Under the pieces are notes generated by a model. The model worked only from the letters and a program-made list of their open reading frames with translations, did no database searches and had not been told where the DNA came from. A DNA stretch of 64,000 bases from Thelocarpon superellum. Lineage: Eukaryota. The stretch is taken from NCBI GenBank assembly GCA_026025795.1, contig JAPEUG010000036.1, positions 1 to 64,000 of the forward strand, given 5' to 3'. Both the position numbers and the translations under genes were made by a program. This document shows, one piece after another, positions 22,001 to 34,773 of the stretch; the stretch's first letter is position 1; each line of letters opens with the position of its first letter.

Positions 22001-25000
22001 TACACAACCATGGTACCGGCAGCACCATCTCCAAGCTCTTGGACAACTTTCCCACCCTCAGTGTCGAAGCCGAGATTGCCCCTCTGAATCGTGATGTATT
22101 GAGGATCCGGCTGTATGTCACGCCGGATTTTCGTTGGAACGAGCGTCACCATGGCACGTCGGAGTCTTACTGGATCTGGGTGGAGAACGCGGACACGTCG
22201 GAGCTCTATCATCATGAGTCCTTCCTTCTGACGCGGAAGAAGCTCCACCATGACCATGAGCTCAACTTCACCATCCCCATGTCCGATCCCATGCCATCGC
22301 AGATCTACGTGCGCGCGGTCTCGGACCGTTGGCTTGGGGCCGAGACGGTCACACCGGTCTCCTTTCAACATCTCATCCGGCCTGACACGGAAAGTGTCTA
22401 CACCGACCTGCTGGACCTGCGTCCCCTTCCCGTGTCGGCGTTGAAGAATCCGCTCCTCGAAGAGATCTACGGAAAGCGTTTCCAGTTCTTTAATCCCTTG
22501 CAGACGCAGCTCTTTCACTGTCTGTATCACACGTCGGAAAATGTGCTGCTGGGTTCACCCACCGGCAGTGGCAAGACGATCGCCGCCGAATTGGCCATGT
22601 GGTGGGCGTTTCGCGAGAAGCCGGGGTCCAAGGTGGTCTACGTCGCGCCGATGAAGGCGCTGGTGCGCGAGCGCGTCAAAGACTGGGGTGCGCGCCTGAC
22701 GCGGCAGATGGGCCTGAAGCTGGTGGAGCTGACGGGTGACAACACGCCCGACACTCGGACGATCCGCAATGCCGACGTCATCGTCACGACCCCGGAGAAG
22801 TGGGATGGTATCAGCCGGAGCTGGCAGACGCGAGGCTACGTGCGGCAAGTGAGTCTGGTGATCATCGACGAGATCCATCTGCTGGGGGGTGATCGCGGAC
22901 CCATTCTCGAGATCATCGTGTCGCGGATGAACTATATCGCGGCGCAATCCAAGAATTCGGTGCGTCTGGTCGGCATGTCGACAGCGTGTGCCAATGCGAC
23001 GGACTTGGGCAACTGGCTCGGCGTGAAGAAGGGCCTGTTCAACTTCCGCCATTCGGTCCGCCCGGTTCCCTTGGAGATCTTCATCGACGGATTTCCCGAG
23101 CAACGAGGCTTCTGCCCGTTGATGCAATCGATGAACCGTCCGACTTTTCTGGCCATCAAGACCCACTCCCCCGATAAGCCCGTTATCGTCTTCGTGGCGT
23201 CCCGACGACAGACTCGGCTCACGGCGAAGGATCTGATCAACTTCTGCGGGATGGAAGACAATCCCCGCCGCTTCCTCAAGATGTCAGAAGATGATCTCCA
23301 GCTGCAACTCAGTCGCGTCAAGGACGAGAGTCTCCGTGAAGCTCTCAGCTTCGGCATCGGCTTGCATCACGCGGGGCTGGTGGAGTCGGATCGACAGCTG
23401 GCCGAAGAGCTCTTTGCCCACAACCAAATCCAGATCCTCGTCGCCACCAGTACGCTGGCATGGGGCGTCAACCTTCCCGCTCACCTCGTCGTGGTCAAGG
23501 GGACGCAGTTCTTCGACGCCAAGATTGAGGGATACAAGGACATGGACCTGACGGACGTGCTGCAGATGCTGGGTCGAGCGGGCCGTCCTCAGTTCGACAC
23601 GTCGGGGATCGCTCGGATCTTCACGCAGGATGCCAAGAAGGCATTCTACAAGCATTTCCTTCATACGGGATTTCCCGTCGAGTCCTCCCTTCACCTCGTC
23701 CTCGATGACCATCTCGCGGCGGAGATCTCGGCGGAAACCATCACGACGAAGCAAGATGCGCTCGACTACCTCACGTGGACTTTCTTCTTCCGCCGCCTCC
23801 ACAAGAACCCGTCGTATTACGGCTTGGACGTCTCGGCTGAGGAGCACGATTCGATGGTGGCGCAAGATTTGGCTAATGACTACATGGTGGAATTGGTAGA
23901 CAGATCCTTGGATGAGCTGGCGCAATCTGGATGTGTCAGGCTTCATTCCAACGGCGACGTGGACTCGACCGCGCTGGGCAAGATCATGAGCTACTACTAT
24001 CTGTCGCACAAGACGATTCGCCACCTCCTCAAGCACGCCAAGCGTGATGCGACGTTGGAAGATGTGTTGGCATGGATGTGTCAAGCCACGGAGTACGACG
24101 AGCTCCCCGTGCGTCACAATGAGGATCTCATCAACGCCGAACTATCGAAGAACCTTCCCATGGACGCGGAGAAATTGGGATCACCCATGTGGGATCCACA
24201 CGTGAAAGCGTTCTTGCTCTTGCAAGCCTTCATGTCAAGGATTGATCTTCCCATTTCCGATTACGTGACGGATCAAAATTCGGTACGAAAGCCCCTACAA
24301 TCTCCGCCCGTGCATGCTGACACGAGTAGGTGCTCGATCAAAGCATTCGGATTATTCAGGTATGACGTTGGCGACGAGATGACACTGGCCACGCTAACGT
24401 TGGACGGTATCAGGCATCCATCGATGTTCTCACAGAACTGGGCTACCTCTCAAGCTGCCGAATGATGGTGACGCTTCTTCAAAGCATCAAAAGCGCCCGA
24501 TGGCCCTCTGACGGGTCGCTGAGTATCCTGCCAGGCGTCGAGCCTGAAGCATCTCGACTCAGCCAAAAAGGTGTCAGGCCGTCACTTGTGGAGGTCAGCA
24601 AGATGACAAGACCTGCCCTGAGCCAGACGATGCATCAACTGGGGGTATCTCCTGCTCAACAAAACGCCTTCCAGCGCGTGTCTGCTCTCCTTCCCATCAT
24701 CGACATCCACATTGATCAGGTTTCCGACCAGATTCTCAACCTCTCTATCGCTCGGTTGGGCACGCCTTCAGGCAATGACCTGAGCGAGAACGGTTCACCT
24801 CGCGCATGGACCCCTCGATTCCCCAAGCCGCAGGTAGAGGGGTGGTTTGTGCTCGTTGCTGTTGCATCGTCGGATGAGGTGGTGGGACTGAAACGGCTGG
24901 GATGGTCTACTGGCACCACTAGCACCACTAGCAACAATGCTACCGCTGACACTGCGGCGACACGCCACGCTTCATCATCCACCCCACCTGTTCGAGGAAA

Positions 25001-25265
25001 GGGAAGCCGAAAAGGAGGGTTGAAGGCGAGATGCACCATCAAGCTACCAAGCTCCGACTCATCGATATCATCTCCTGCAGCATCTGACCCGGATGACCCG
25101 GGTAAGGGTGCGAGGAAGCTGGACATCTACGTGATCAGCGATGCCTATCCCGGCATGGAATTGGTCATACGTGGACTGGAGGCTCGGGGGCCTCCGGCCG
25201 AAGGGGAGAAGAAGGATGTGATGGTTTTAGACGGTAGAGTCGGGGGCGATGCCAAGCCGACTTGA
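19054..25265 (+). CDS. SLH1: Ski2-like tandem DExH helicase Slh1/Rqt2/ASCC3 (3 exons)
   Basis: Two helicase cassettes (APTGAGKT/DEVH; SPTGSGKT/DEIH), each followed by a Sec63-like region. A 30-nt exon VLDQSIRIIQ links the 1803-aa and 267-aa ORFs. FPEQRGFCPLMQSMNRP fits ASCC3/Slh1 rather than Brr2. Confidence 0.92.
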
Positions 25266-26017
25266 CTCATGTACGAGTACGAGACGTCAATCACGGCCTC
25301 TTGTCATGTCCGAGAGTCTGCCTCTTCGAAAACTGAGGAAATCGTCCTTCCACAAGAGGAACTTTACCGTAGAGCGAGGTTGTCATAGAGTGATGTCGCG
25401 AAGTCATTGGGCACCTCCACGACGAATGCCGTCTTCCAAATTGCCAGAATGGAGAGAAGGAATGATATGGGAGGATGTAACATGTTGAGTAGTTTTGCGG
25501 GCTCGGCTTGCAAACAAGACTTGACGACTCAAGGTCTATTGTCCATCATCTACTCCATGCAAAAGGTTTATATCTAAGCTTGACCACGAATGTCAAGTTT
25601 GTTGGCTGGGACACCAATGGCCCATGCAATGGACTCGTGAGGATGATGGCATCTTCCCCCTTCGCGCCTGTCTGATTCAACGTCGGAGGGGACTCGAACG
25701 GCCCGAAAAAGAGCCCGGATCACTGGACCAGATCACCAGATGCAAGTATCTGCTCGTACTGTGTGATAACTAGCTATGTATATCGGTACCCTTTGGAACA
25801 TTCAGTCCTCCTATGCTAGAAGTAGAATCCAGGCCAGACTGAATCAAGCCAAGGGTGGGATGCAAAGGTAGCGGACGGAGCCAGGGTAGAAGAAAAGAGG
25901 AAGATCCAGATGAAAAACTTCCTTCCCGGTCCGTTTGAAGAATCTCAAGTACAGAATAATGCACATCTACAAATCTCCCCCCTCGCCAGTCCGGCCCGGC
26001 CTTGGCCTTGGTTGGGG

Positions 26018-28152
26018 TTAAGCCTGCTCGAACATGACCATCTCGGACTTGCGAGAACTGGCCGCGCCAGCCGTAAGCTCGACGAGGGTAGGAGTGAGCG
26101 CGGCGTTGTACTGCCTCGGTAGGGTGGAGCTCAGGCGTTCCGAGGGCCGGACGACCGGCAGGAGAAGTTGGCGCTGCGACATGGAGATCTGGCGCGCGAT
26201 GGACAGATCGGCGGCCGATTGCGCCAGTTTTTCTTCTTCGTCCTGCGTCGTCTGGCCCGGCGCCTTGACGAGGGGAAAGGATGACGGGAGGCTCTCGGGT
26301 GGTGTGGGCGGGAGTTGGCGGAGTGCGTGCGTCGATTCCCATTCTTCGCGCTCGCGCTTCTCCCGCGATGTGAGCGAGCTTGGTGGGGAGTAGTTGCGGG
26401 CGTGGGAATGAGCATGGGAATGCGGGCGGGATTGGGATTGGGAGTGTGACTGCGGCCGAGACTGTGTGTGGGTGTGGGTATGTGGTGGCATATGTGTGTA
26501 TTTTGGTGTTGAGGGTGCGTGGCGCGTCGTTGTTAGGGATGGCGTTTGGGAGTTGTCATATCCTCGTTTTCGTTCTCGTTCTCGTTCTCTTTCCCGTTCT
26601 CGCTCTCGCTGCTGCTCTCGCTGCTGCTCTCGTTGTCGCGCTCGTTCACGTTCACGCTCCCGCTCCCGCTTAGGTGGCCGGCTGGATGGCCGAGCAGGCG
26701 GTGACTCTGCGATGGGAACTCCCACGGGACTATGAACCATCATGACGAAGTGATTGGGATCACGCGTTTTGATGTGTTCGATCATGGCGCTCTTCGGAGA
26801 TATGGGCTTCGGGTTGGTGTGGGATCGACCTCGAGTCGCCGGGCTATGATCGGGGCCTAGGGACGAGTGGTCTGGGTCGACGGTCGAAGGGGTCGTGGGG
26901 AAAAGGGAGAAGCAAGGAGATTTGCCAATGGGCATCGTCACGGATGCCGATGTGGCCGGTCGTTTGGGCTGAGAGGGGGGTGTTTCAGGGGGCTGATGTT
27001 CATGAGAGGAACTGTGGTGCGGAGGGGAGATCTTGGTCACGTCCACCTGTCGAACCATTAGTTCTCTTCATATCGACCCTTCATATCTCGCATCTTGGAT
27101 CTCACCTCGTGGATCGCCGTCGTCCGATGCCTCAGTTTATCCAAGGTCATCTGGCGTCGGGCCAACAGAGACGACTGATTATTCGGCTTCAACAGGCCAT
27201 CAAACATGACACTGTACCGCTCCATCTCCACGTTCGGGATATTAATGTCTAGGACCGGCGCATTGGACGCTTGGGGGATTGGAATGGGTGATGAGGTCCT
27301 CGGACCGTGCACGTCCGGCATAGGCGGGGCCGTCAAGGCCGGTTCTGTCGTTTGTTTCTTTAATCGTCGCAGCGATACCTTCCGTGCCAGCTTGGTCCCC
27401 GTCGACGGACCCGCCTTCGGCGTGGTGGGGCGTCGCTCCTCGAACGTTCGTCGTTCCACCCACGGCGTCACCTCGCGGGCGGACACGCTCCGACTGCGAG
27501 CACGTCCAACCTCTTCGGGGGCCGGAGACGAAGAGGGTCGCTTCGGCAGCTGCTTCTCCTCACGCCTGACTTCCGGTCCGGCTGAGTGGAGAGGAGGCGG
27601 AGAGTAGGCCGGGGTGCCAGACCCCGAGGAAGCCGACGTCTTTCGGCCAAAGAAGCCCCACGTCCGCCACCTGCTCTTCTTCGGTTCGCTGTCCCGGCTG
27701 GCTGAGGTAGTCGAGGAGGGGGTCGAAACGACGCTGGTGAAGCTCGCCTGTCGACTTTCGCCCGACCACGGTGGGGTGGGGAGAGGAGCACCGTGCATGC
27801 CATCTCGGGGCATCGAATGGTTTCCCGCCGTCTGCGGTCGTTGCAGCGGTCGGCCTCGCGTCACCCCGTCCGACACGGGCGTTGATGGATAGGGTCGAGC
27901 CGTTTGTGGCGTGGCCGGTACTTGCCCGGCCTCTTCTCTCTTGGGTGGGGTGGTCCTGGATCGGGAGGGTTTCGACACGTCCGCGCGAACTCTCGACCAT
28001 GATCGTTCGCGAGTGGTGGTGTTGGGCGAGGGCTTGAGGGTCGGGAGCCCCTCCAAGCTTGGGATGTAGCTGGGCACGGGTTCGTTGCTGATCATGCTGG
28101 GACGTGACGCCCCATCGTGGAATGACTTCGACTTGACCAGTCCTTTCGCCAT
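26018..28152 (-). CDS. Hypothetical Ser/Pro/Arg-rich protein with (ER)n tract (2 exons)
   Basis: 364-aa and 346-aa ORFs joined by GTGAGA...CTAAT...CAG intron; short ordered-looking block LDINIPNVEMERYSVMFDGLL. Confidence 0.75.
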
Positions 28153-30827
28153 TGTGCCGCCATGCAGAAGCCAACCAGTGGCGCTGGTGGAAGAGGAGGA
28201 CGAGAGGGGGAAGGAAGGCGGTGCGCGGGAGGTGTGTATGATCTATGCACAGACGATGGCCGTAAGGACGGGATTTAGCTGGAGAGTGGGCGCACAGAGA
28301 GGCCCAAATGAGCTTTGAGCTCGGAGCTATGAAAGATGAAGCGGAGGCACGAGAATGGGTGCGACTGGCACCTTGCAGATGTCACCAGGGAACGCCACCG
28401 CACACACGCACACCAGCACACAGCACACAGCAAGCACAGTGCACTCGGTGCAGATCCTCGTTTTTCGAACGATGGAAATGAAGGGCCATGGTTCCCAACG
28501 GGCGACGCTCAAGCCTCTAGTGGGTAGGCCATGACGGAGGCGGATCCCGCACATCAACGCCCCACCCCGTGGTCGGTGCACCAGAAACGCCCCCGTCGGG
28601 CTCGTGCACCCGAGCCAGCAGGCCCTGAGACGGGCGGCCGTCATCACCCCACCGCCATTTACCCTGGCCCCATCGCCCATGGCGGCGATGGATCGAGCTT
28701 GGGGCCGGGCGCGATAGCGGCGAGTCGGCAAAGAGATTGGCTGAGCCCGACGTGCAGACGATCAGGCCCCTGGCAGATTGATAGCATCGCCGAGGGAGCA
28801 GGGTTGGTGCTCGCGGCATGTGCTGGGGGGGTAAGATTTGGTGGGGTTCTGCATGAACACCGGAAATTGCACTCGCCCACGCTGTCGCACCATCACCCGT
28901 TTCAGCGTGGATGAACGAGTTAAATCCTCTCATCCCCTGTCGACACGACCGCCGCCGAACGGGGCGTGTCATACTTGCTAGTCGATGCCGTCAGAACCTC
29001 CCTGGCCTCCCGATCTCGATGCAGAGGGTGGTCATCCGGGCACGCGCTACGTTGACTTGACCCAGACACACTACAAGCATGTTCTCGAGCTAGACATGGT
29101 CGAGGTCCCGATCCCTATGCTTTCGTCGTGCCGGTAGTAAACCGTACGCGAGGCATGGGCCGGACGGGTCACATTGTTTGAGGATTTGTAAAGCGAAGCT
29201 CCTCGTAGGCAGAGGCAGAGCAGAGGCAGATCGGCGTCCAGGGTGACCTGCGACGTTGCCGCGCGTTTGCTTGCCGTCGCAACTCCATTCGCGCACCTCC
29301 ACACCCTCACCTCCACACCTCACACCCGCTGGCAGGTGCTCCAAACGGCCGCTGCAAGCCACACATGCTAAAGTGATCGAGTACCAGGGTCCGAAGACGT
29401 CCGTGCCCCCGTTTCATACCGAGGCCGGCCCGGCCGGACGGACCCTGAAGCTCATGCGAACAGTGAGTGTTGGGGGATGAGAACGGATTTCCAACTGCGA
29501 CCAATGTCATTCAGGGTCTGAAGCAATAGAAGGTCCGTCAACAAGGTTGGCACACCCATTTCCATCACTCTGTCGTGGCGTGTGTGGGATGCCAGTAGTC
29601 TACCACACTCTCTCGCTGGGCGGTCATCGGCCACCGCCCACGTCCCAATATTGACCTCAACCAGACCACTAGTCTCGCCTGAGCTACCAGTGCTAGTACG
29701 ATTACCATCGTACCGGTGGTAGCACTTGTTCGAGGACCGATGATTCTGGCCATTTTGGGGGCCCATCTCAATCACGCAAGGCTGAGGTGGACCGGCGAAG
29801 TCGCTGATGCCGTAGCATCGTACTATCGATTTCTGGAGCGATGGGCTTGACCAATGCTGACCCCGCAAAGATTGCAGAGCGATGGCTGCATGGCGTCATA
29901 TTTTGCAGACCCAACCTTGCATGAGAAACAGATTCCGTCGGACCGTAGTCACGAGAGAGAACCCCATGACCTACGGAACGAACGTACGACATGTACGCGT
30001 ACAAGTACAGAAACGCATATCGGTGACGACGAAGTGTACAGCTGGGCGCCAACAGCAGACGTCGTCGACTGGCTAGCATATCGTAGTGCAATAGGGTTTT
30101 AAGACCTATCCCTACTTCTGTAGCGATACTCAAGTTCAACGACCGGGATCTGCCACCTGCCTGTGTAGCTCGGTACACACTGGGCGGGCGGTCACGGGAC
30201 ATGCACGTGACCATTCCGTGACCATCTCGTGACCATAATTTGATTTCTCCTCTTCCTACAGCAAGACGCGGCCCCAGCTTCGCAACAATAACATAGGCAT
30301 TTCTGGTCGTGCAATGGAATCCCGGAATTACTCCCGTACCTTGGAACCGACCGCGGGTCGCGGTAAAGAGAGCTGGACACGGGGCAAGCGAAAGCGAGTC
30401 GCCTACTCTTTCCGCGCCTCTTACCTTTCCAGGGCGAGCTAGAGAAGAATTGCCGTAAAATGCAGTGCTAGGGCGTGGCGACATCAGCGCAAGTGGTGGG
30501 CCAATGGTTGATCCGCCGTAGAGTATCCTGGTTACGGGCAACCTGCGCTGCGCTTCTACGACCCGACCCAGCGCTGTGTCACACTCTGTGTCGGTCCATC
30601 AACAAGCAGACAGGCAACCAGGCGACCAGGCAGGAGCATCTTCAAACCTCATCCGCCTGCTGCACGCTTACCCTCAGCCCCGTCGTCTAGAATCTACGAG
30701 CAAATTTCCCACGGGGTGGTCCTCTGCACAAGCTTTTCTCCCATCTCAACCGCCCATCCGCCCATCCCACCCCCACTTCACCCCGCCCCACCATATCGTC
30801 AACACCGACGGCGTCGGATCTCACATC

Positions 30828-31496
30828 ATGTCCTGGCAAGGTATCTCCCCATCGGCCCACTGGTGATGCAACGATGATGGCGCTGATCCTTTGGACCAGA
30901 ATATGTCGATTCGAGGTAATGAAGGTCGCGGCGGCGCAAAAACTGAATCGGGGTGGCTGATACTGTGGGGTAGTTTGGTCGGCACCGGTAATCTCGATAA
31001 GGCCGCCATCTTCAACTCCGAGGGGACCAGCGTCTGGGCAAGCTCGCCAGGCTTCACGGTACGTGGACCTGCCTTATGTACCCCGGACGTGGCGAATCGG
31101 CTCGGGACCGGGGCCCGCGCGGTGGACACTCGCTGACAGCGCTACGCAGATTTCGCCGGCGGAGATCAAAGCCGTCGTGGCCGCGTACAAGGACAAGGGT
31201 GACGCCAGTGGCGTGAAGGCAGTGCAGGCTAATGGATTCCACATTGCTGGTGAGCGGTTTGTGGCCTTAAAGGCCGACGAACGATCGCTGTACGGCAAAA
31301 AGGTAGGCTCCCCTCCGTCTTCCGTCCACCATGACCTCGGGCACTGACAGGGCGCGTGCAGGGCAAGGAGGGCATCGTCATCGTCAAAACCAACCAAGCC
31401 ATCCTGCTGGCCCACTATCCGGAAAGCGTGGCGGCGGGGGTGGCGACCAACGTGGTGGAGCAGCTGGGCGACTATCTGATCGGGGTGGGCTACTAG
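30828..31496 (+). CDS. PFY1: Profilin (5 exons)
   Basis: MSWQ|EYVDS|SLVGTGNLDKAAIF...SLYGKK|GKEGIVIVKTNQAILLAHY...VEQLGDYLIGVGY*. Confidence 0.96.
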
Positions 31497-31688
31497 GCGA
31501 TCGCATCTTTCCCCCTTCACTTGGCCATGTTGTAGTCTATATGCATATCACTCTCTGGGATGAGCAACGGAGATAGAGATCGAGCGAATGCAACGGGGTG
31601 GTCTCGACGGCGACGGCCGATCAAAATACCGGCTTTGATGAGTGAAGAAATCTATCGCGCTTCCGTCTATCCCGTCCCGCCATCCACG

Positions 31689-32459
31689 TCAGACCGGCAA
31701 TTCCGAGTTCCTCCGAACGGCTCCTATCCGATCGAGCGCCAATGCAACGTAGGGTCCAATGACGGGGACATTGGTGACGAACATGGCGATAGTGCCGACA
31801 AAGTCCCAGAAGAGCACGATAAGCCCATATAACTCGACACAGAAGCCAACGAGCGGCCAGCGCAGCAAGATGAGCAGGATCCCCGCCACAAAGGCCGCCG
31901 TGCCCTTAAGCTTCTGCCGGCGCGCGAAGAACATCAGGGTCTTTTGTGGCCCGATGATGAGCGTCATGCCCACCACGAAGAGGATCTGCATCGTCGCCAT
32001 TCGAGTGAGCCTCTCCTTCCGTCCGCTACGCCGCGTCTGCCTCGGAGGGGTCTTACATTCCCCATCGCCAGCCTAGACATGCGACACACACATTAGTCCA
32101 CGACGTGCGAGAGGGGGAAGAAGGGCGGAAGCGAGAGAACAAGCCGACTGACATTGCCCGATCGAAGAACATGAGCACGCCGCCCACCAGGAAAAAGCCC
32201 CCTTTTGCACTCCAGTATCAGCCGGTGTATTGCATTGCAGCCGCTGCCGCCGCCGCCGCCGCCACCACCACCATCAGGCCGTGCCGCGCCGCCTGCGCCA
32301 TATCATAACCTCCCATTGGTCCCGTACCTACCGCCAGAACAAAAAGCTACACCAAATTCTATATCACGGGGTCAGCCTGTGCGCATGTGGACAGATGTGT
32401 GAGTTGCGCGCAACAGCGGCGGGCTCACTTTGCGCGTCGGATAACCACATGGTGGGCAT
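31689..32459 (-). CDS. GOT1: Got1/Sft2 family Golgi transport protein (5 exons)
   Basis: MPTMWLSDAQ|KFGVAFCSG|GGFFLVGGVLMFFDRA|MLAMGN|ILFVVGMTLIIGPQKT...RRNSELPV*. Confidence 0.93.
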
Positions 32460-33312
32460 CGTCGGGGTGAGCGAGCGAGGTGGCCGATCTCGTGAGAGCT
32501 CCGACAAATCACAAGAATGGCGGGGTTGAGCTTTGGCCAGACGGGATGCGGGTCTCGTGCGCCAATGCCTTCATCCGGGGATGGAAGCTTCAGAACTATT
32601 TCATGCTCGCTCAGGTAACAATCACCTGTCCTCTAATTGGGGGACGCGCTGTGACGCGCGTGGCCTGAGCTCCTCCGGGTAAGTTGGAGGGAAGAAGGTG
32701 GATGGACGAGCTTCATCGGCTCCCAACGTCCGCGTTGGCTTGGCACATCTCCAACCGCACCCTCCCTCCCCGCGCCATGCTCGAGACATTTGCTAGTGGT
32801 TCTACGTCATGTCCTCCACGCATGAAGTACATGTGACGGATTATCGCGATCATTGGGGTGGAGAACCATGCATCAGTTTATGCCGCGCCCAACGGGCTCC
32901 AAATGGATTCGCACAACGCGGCATTGATCATCAAGTCTGCCGCTGTGTGGACCATCTTGTCTCCCCTCGTCCATACCAACATCGGAATCTCGTGTCTCTA
33001 TCTTGGAAAAGAGTCCAGCTCTGTTCAATCCATCAGCGAGAAGCCCGCCCCAACGACAGTCACTTTGGTCACTGTAACTGAGTCTCCATCCTTCTCCATG
33101 AGATCTTCGGTACTTCGTTCCACGGGCGAAGAAGGATCATACGTCGGGTCACGATTAAGCCGGAATACCTTCTTGAACCTTGTCTCGAGAGGGGCACGGC
33201 GGGTGGATGGTGTTTGACTTTGTGGGCCCCACATCAACCCAGATGCCCACCGGACCACACGGGCTCGTGTGCCAAGGGGTCGCCAGCTACGTTGCTGATC
33301 GTCGACTCCTTC

Positions 33313-33345
33313 CCTCCTCCTCCTCCTCCTCCTCCTCCTCCTCCT
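33313..33345 (+). repeat. (CCT)11 microsatellite
   Basis: Perfect trinucleotide run just downstream of the IES6 stop. Confidence 0.95.
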
Positions 33346-33424
33346 CCCCATGTTCGTCTTCGGGTCATGATTCCGCCTCTCTTCACGTTTGGAGGACCCA
33401 TGTCAGCCGCAGCATGTCGCCTGG

Positions 33425-34003
33425 CTATTTGAGGATGACGTGGGCCCCTCGCGCTTCCAGGTAGTTCTCCGCAACACCCTGTCCGAGGGTCCGCACGACG
33501 GCAAAGACTTCCTGATTGTGATATCGTAGCCGTGACTTGGGATCGGTGTAAGGAGCGGGAAGGCCGGTAATGTCACAGTAGTGTTTCTGGTGCGCCGGAT
33601 GAAGCGACGGGGCCGATTCGATGTTTGAGTAAGTTGCCGTGGGACCCGAGGAGAAGGCGTTCTGCGTATTGCGTTCCAGCACGAGCGTGGAGAGGTTCTG
33701 CGCCGCCTGAGCGATGTTCGCCTGCCCGGCCGTCGACGTGCCTTGCGTCGCGGGGGTCGAGGCCCCACCCGTGGCCGCGTGCGAGCTGGCCGGCAGCGGC
33801 GTCGTGCTGCCGCTGTTGTTCTGCGTGGCGAAGAGCGAAGCCTCCTTGCGGGACGCTTCCATCAAGATCTGCTTGATGTTCTTGTTCCGTCGGACGGGCG
33901 GCTTCCAGCTGGGATTGCGGAATGGCTTGTGGACGGAGGTGATGTCCATTTTGTCGAGGAGCTGTTGGTGTGAGTCGTCCGAGGACGGGGTCGCCGGCGC
34001 CAT
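33425..34003 (-). CDS. IES6: INO80 complex subunit Ies6 (INO80C; YL1_C domain)
   Basis: KPFRNPSWKPPVRRNKNIKQIL, TYSNIESAPSL, KHYCDITGLPAPYTDPKSRLRY. Confidence 0.93.
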   Translation of the reverse strand: MAPATPSSDDSHQQLLDKMDITSVHKPFRNPSWKPPVRRNKNIKQILMEASRKEASLFATQNNSGSTTPLPASSHAATGGASTPATQGTSTAGQANIAQAAQNLSTLVLERNTQNAFSSGPTATYSNIESAPSLHPAHQKHYCDITGLPAPYTDPKSRLRYHNQEVFAVVRTLGQGVAENYLEARGAHVILK

Positions 34004-34313
34004 GGTGGGGAATGCAGTCTGGCAACGGTGCAGGGTTCAAGGTCTGGCTTGCACTTATGTCTCGGGTCTCGAGACGGTGTACGAAAAGCAATTATGGGAT
34101 CATGCGGCGTGATTGCGGTGATTCCGGGTTGCCATCTCGACCACGCGACTGTCCTCCGACTCTCGTCCGACCGCGATGTTCCAAGCGGACTGGCCATCTC
34201 GCGTCTGCGTAGACTTCTTGGGCTCCTCGTCCGCCGGAACCCCACTTTCCTGTCCTCGACCACGATTGATTCTCGCCCGATGCTGGCTTACATGCACTCG
34301 CCCTTCTGCTACA

Positions 34314-34773
34314 ATGGTATGACACCTGAGCGACACCTCTGTCACGTTTGCAAGACTGACGGCGACATGCTGCAGGAGAGCCCACATGAGCATCAACAGA
34401 ACTTGCTCCTGTCGCGCATCATAACAAACGTCGTACGCCGCACGGTGATTCATCCTTACCAAACCATTCTTCTGATCATTGGGATTGACAGGAGAAACTA
34501 AACGAGGCGGTCATGGTGCTCAACAAGAATCTCCAGGTAAGACGAACCCGGACGGACCAAGGTGCACGACTCCTGCGGCAAACGCTGACCGGCATGGGCT
34601 GCAGGAGATCAACATCCAGAACATGAACGTCGAACTCGTGGCACAAATGTTTAAGAATTACCAGTCTAACGTCTTATTCCATCTGGAAGGTTGGCGTGCC
34701 TGTCAACACCGCTCTCTGCACGCGACTAACGTGTCGTAAATCAGCCACAGAGAGCCTCAAGGACCCGTCGTAG
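34314..34773 (+). CDS. DAD4: DASH/Dam1 complex subunit Dad4 (72 aa, 5 exons)
   Basis: Spliced [72 protein letters not shown]. The first coding exon is ATG only. Confidence 0.92.

Noticed and set aside
19144..24117. Many long antisense and alternate-frame ORFs over SLH1 (likewise over IST2, FAS1 and FAS2)
   Set aside because: Expected shadows of GC-rich, C/G-ending codon usage; none has independent motifs.
29452..30541. 257-aa and 138-aa minus-strand ORFs in the long intergenic region
   Set aside because: No recognisable motif, atypical composition and no convincing splice model; cannot be supported without RNA data.
33025..33351. 108-aa ORF with poly-Arg downstream of IES6
   Set aside because: The poly-Arg is just the (CCT)11 microsatellite and there is no recognisable family; probably IES6 3' UTR, though a small gene is not excluded.
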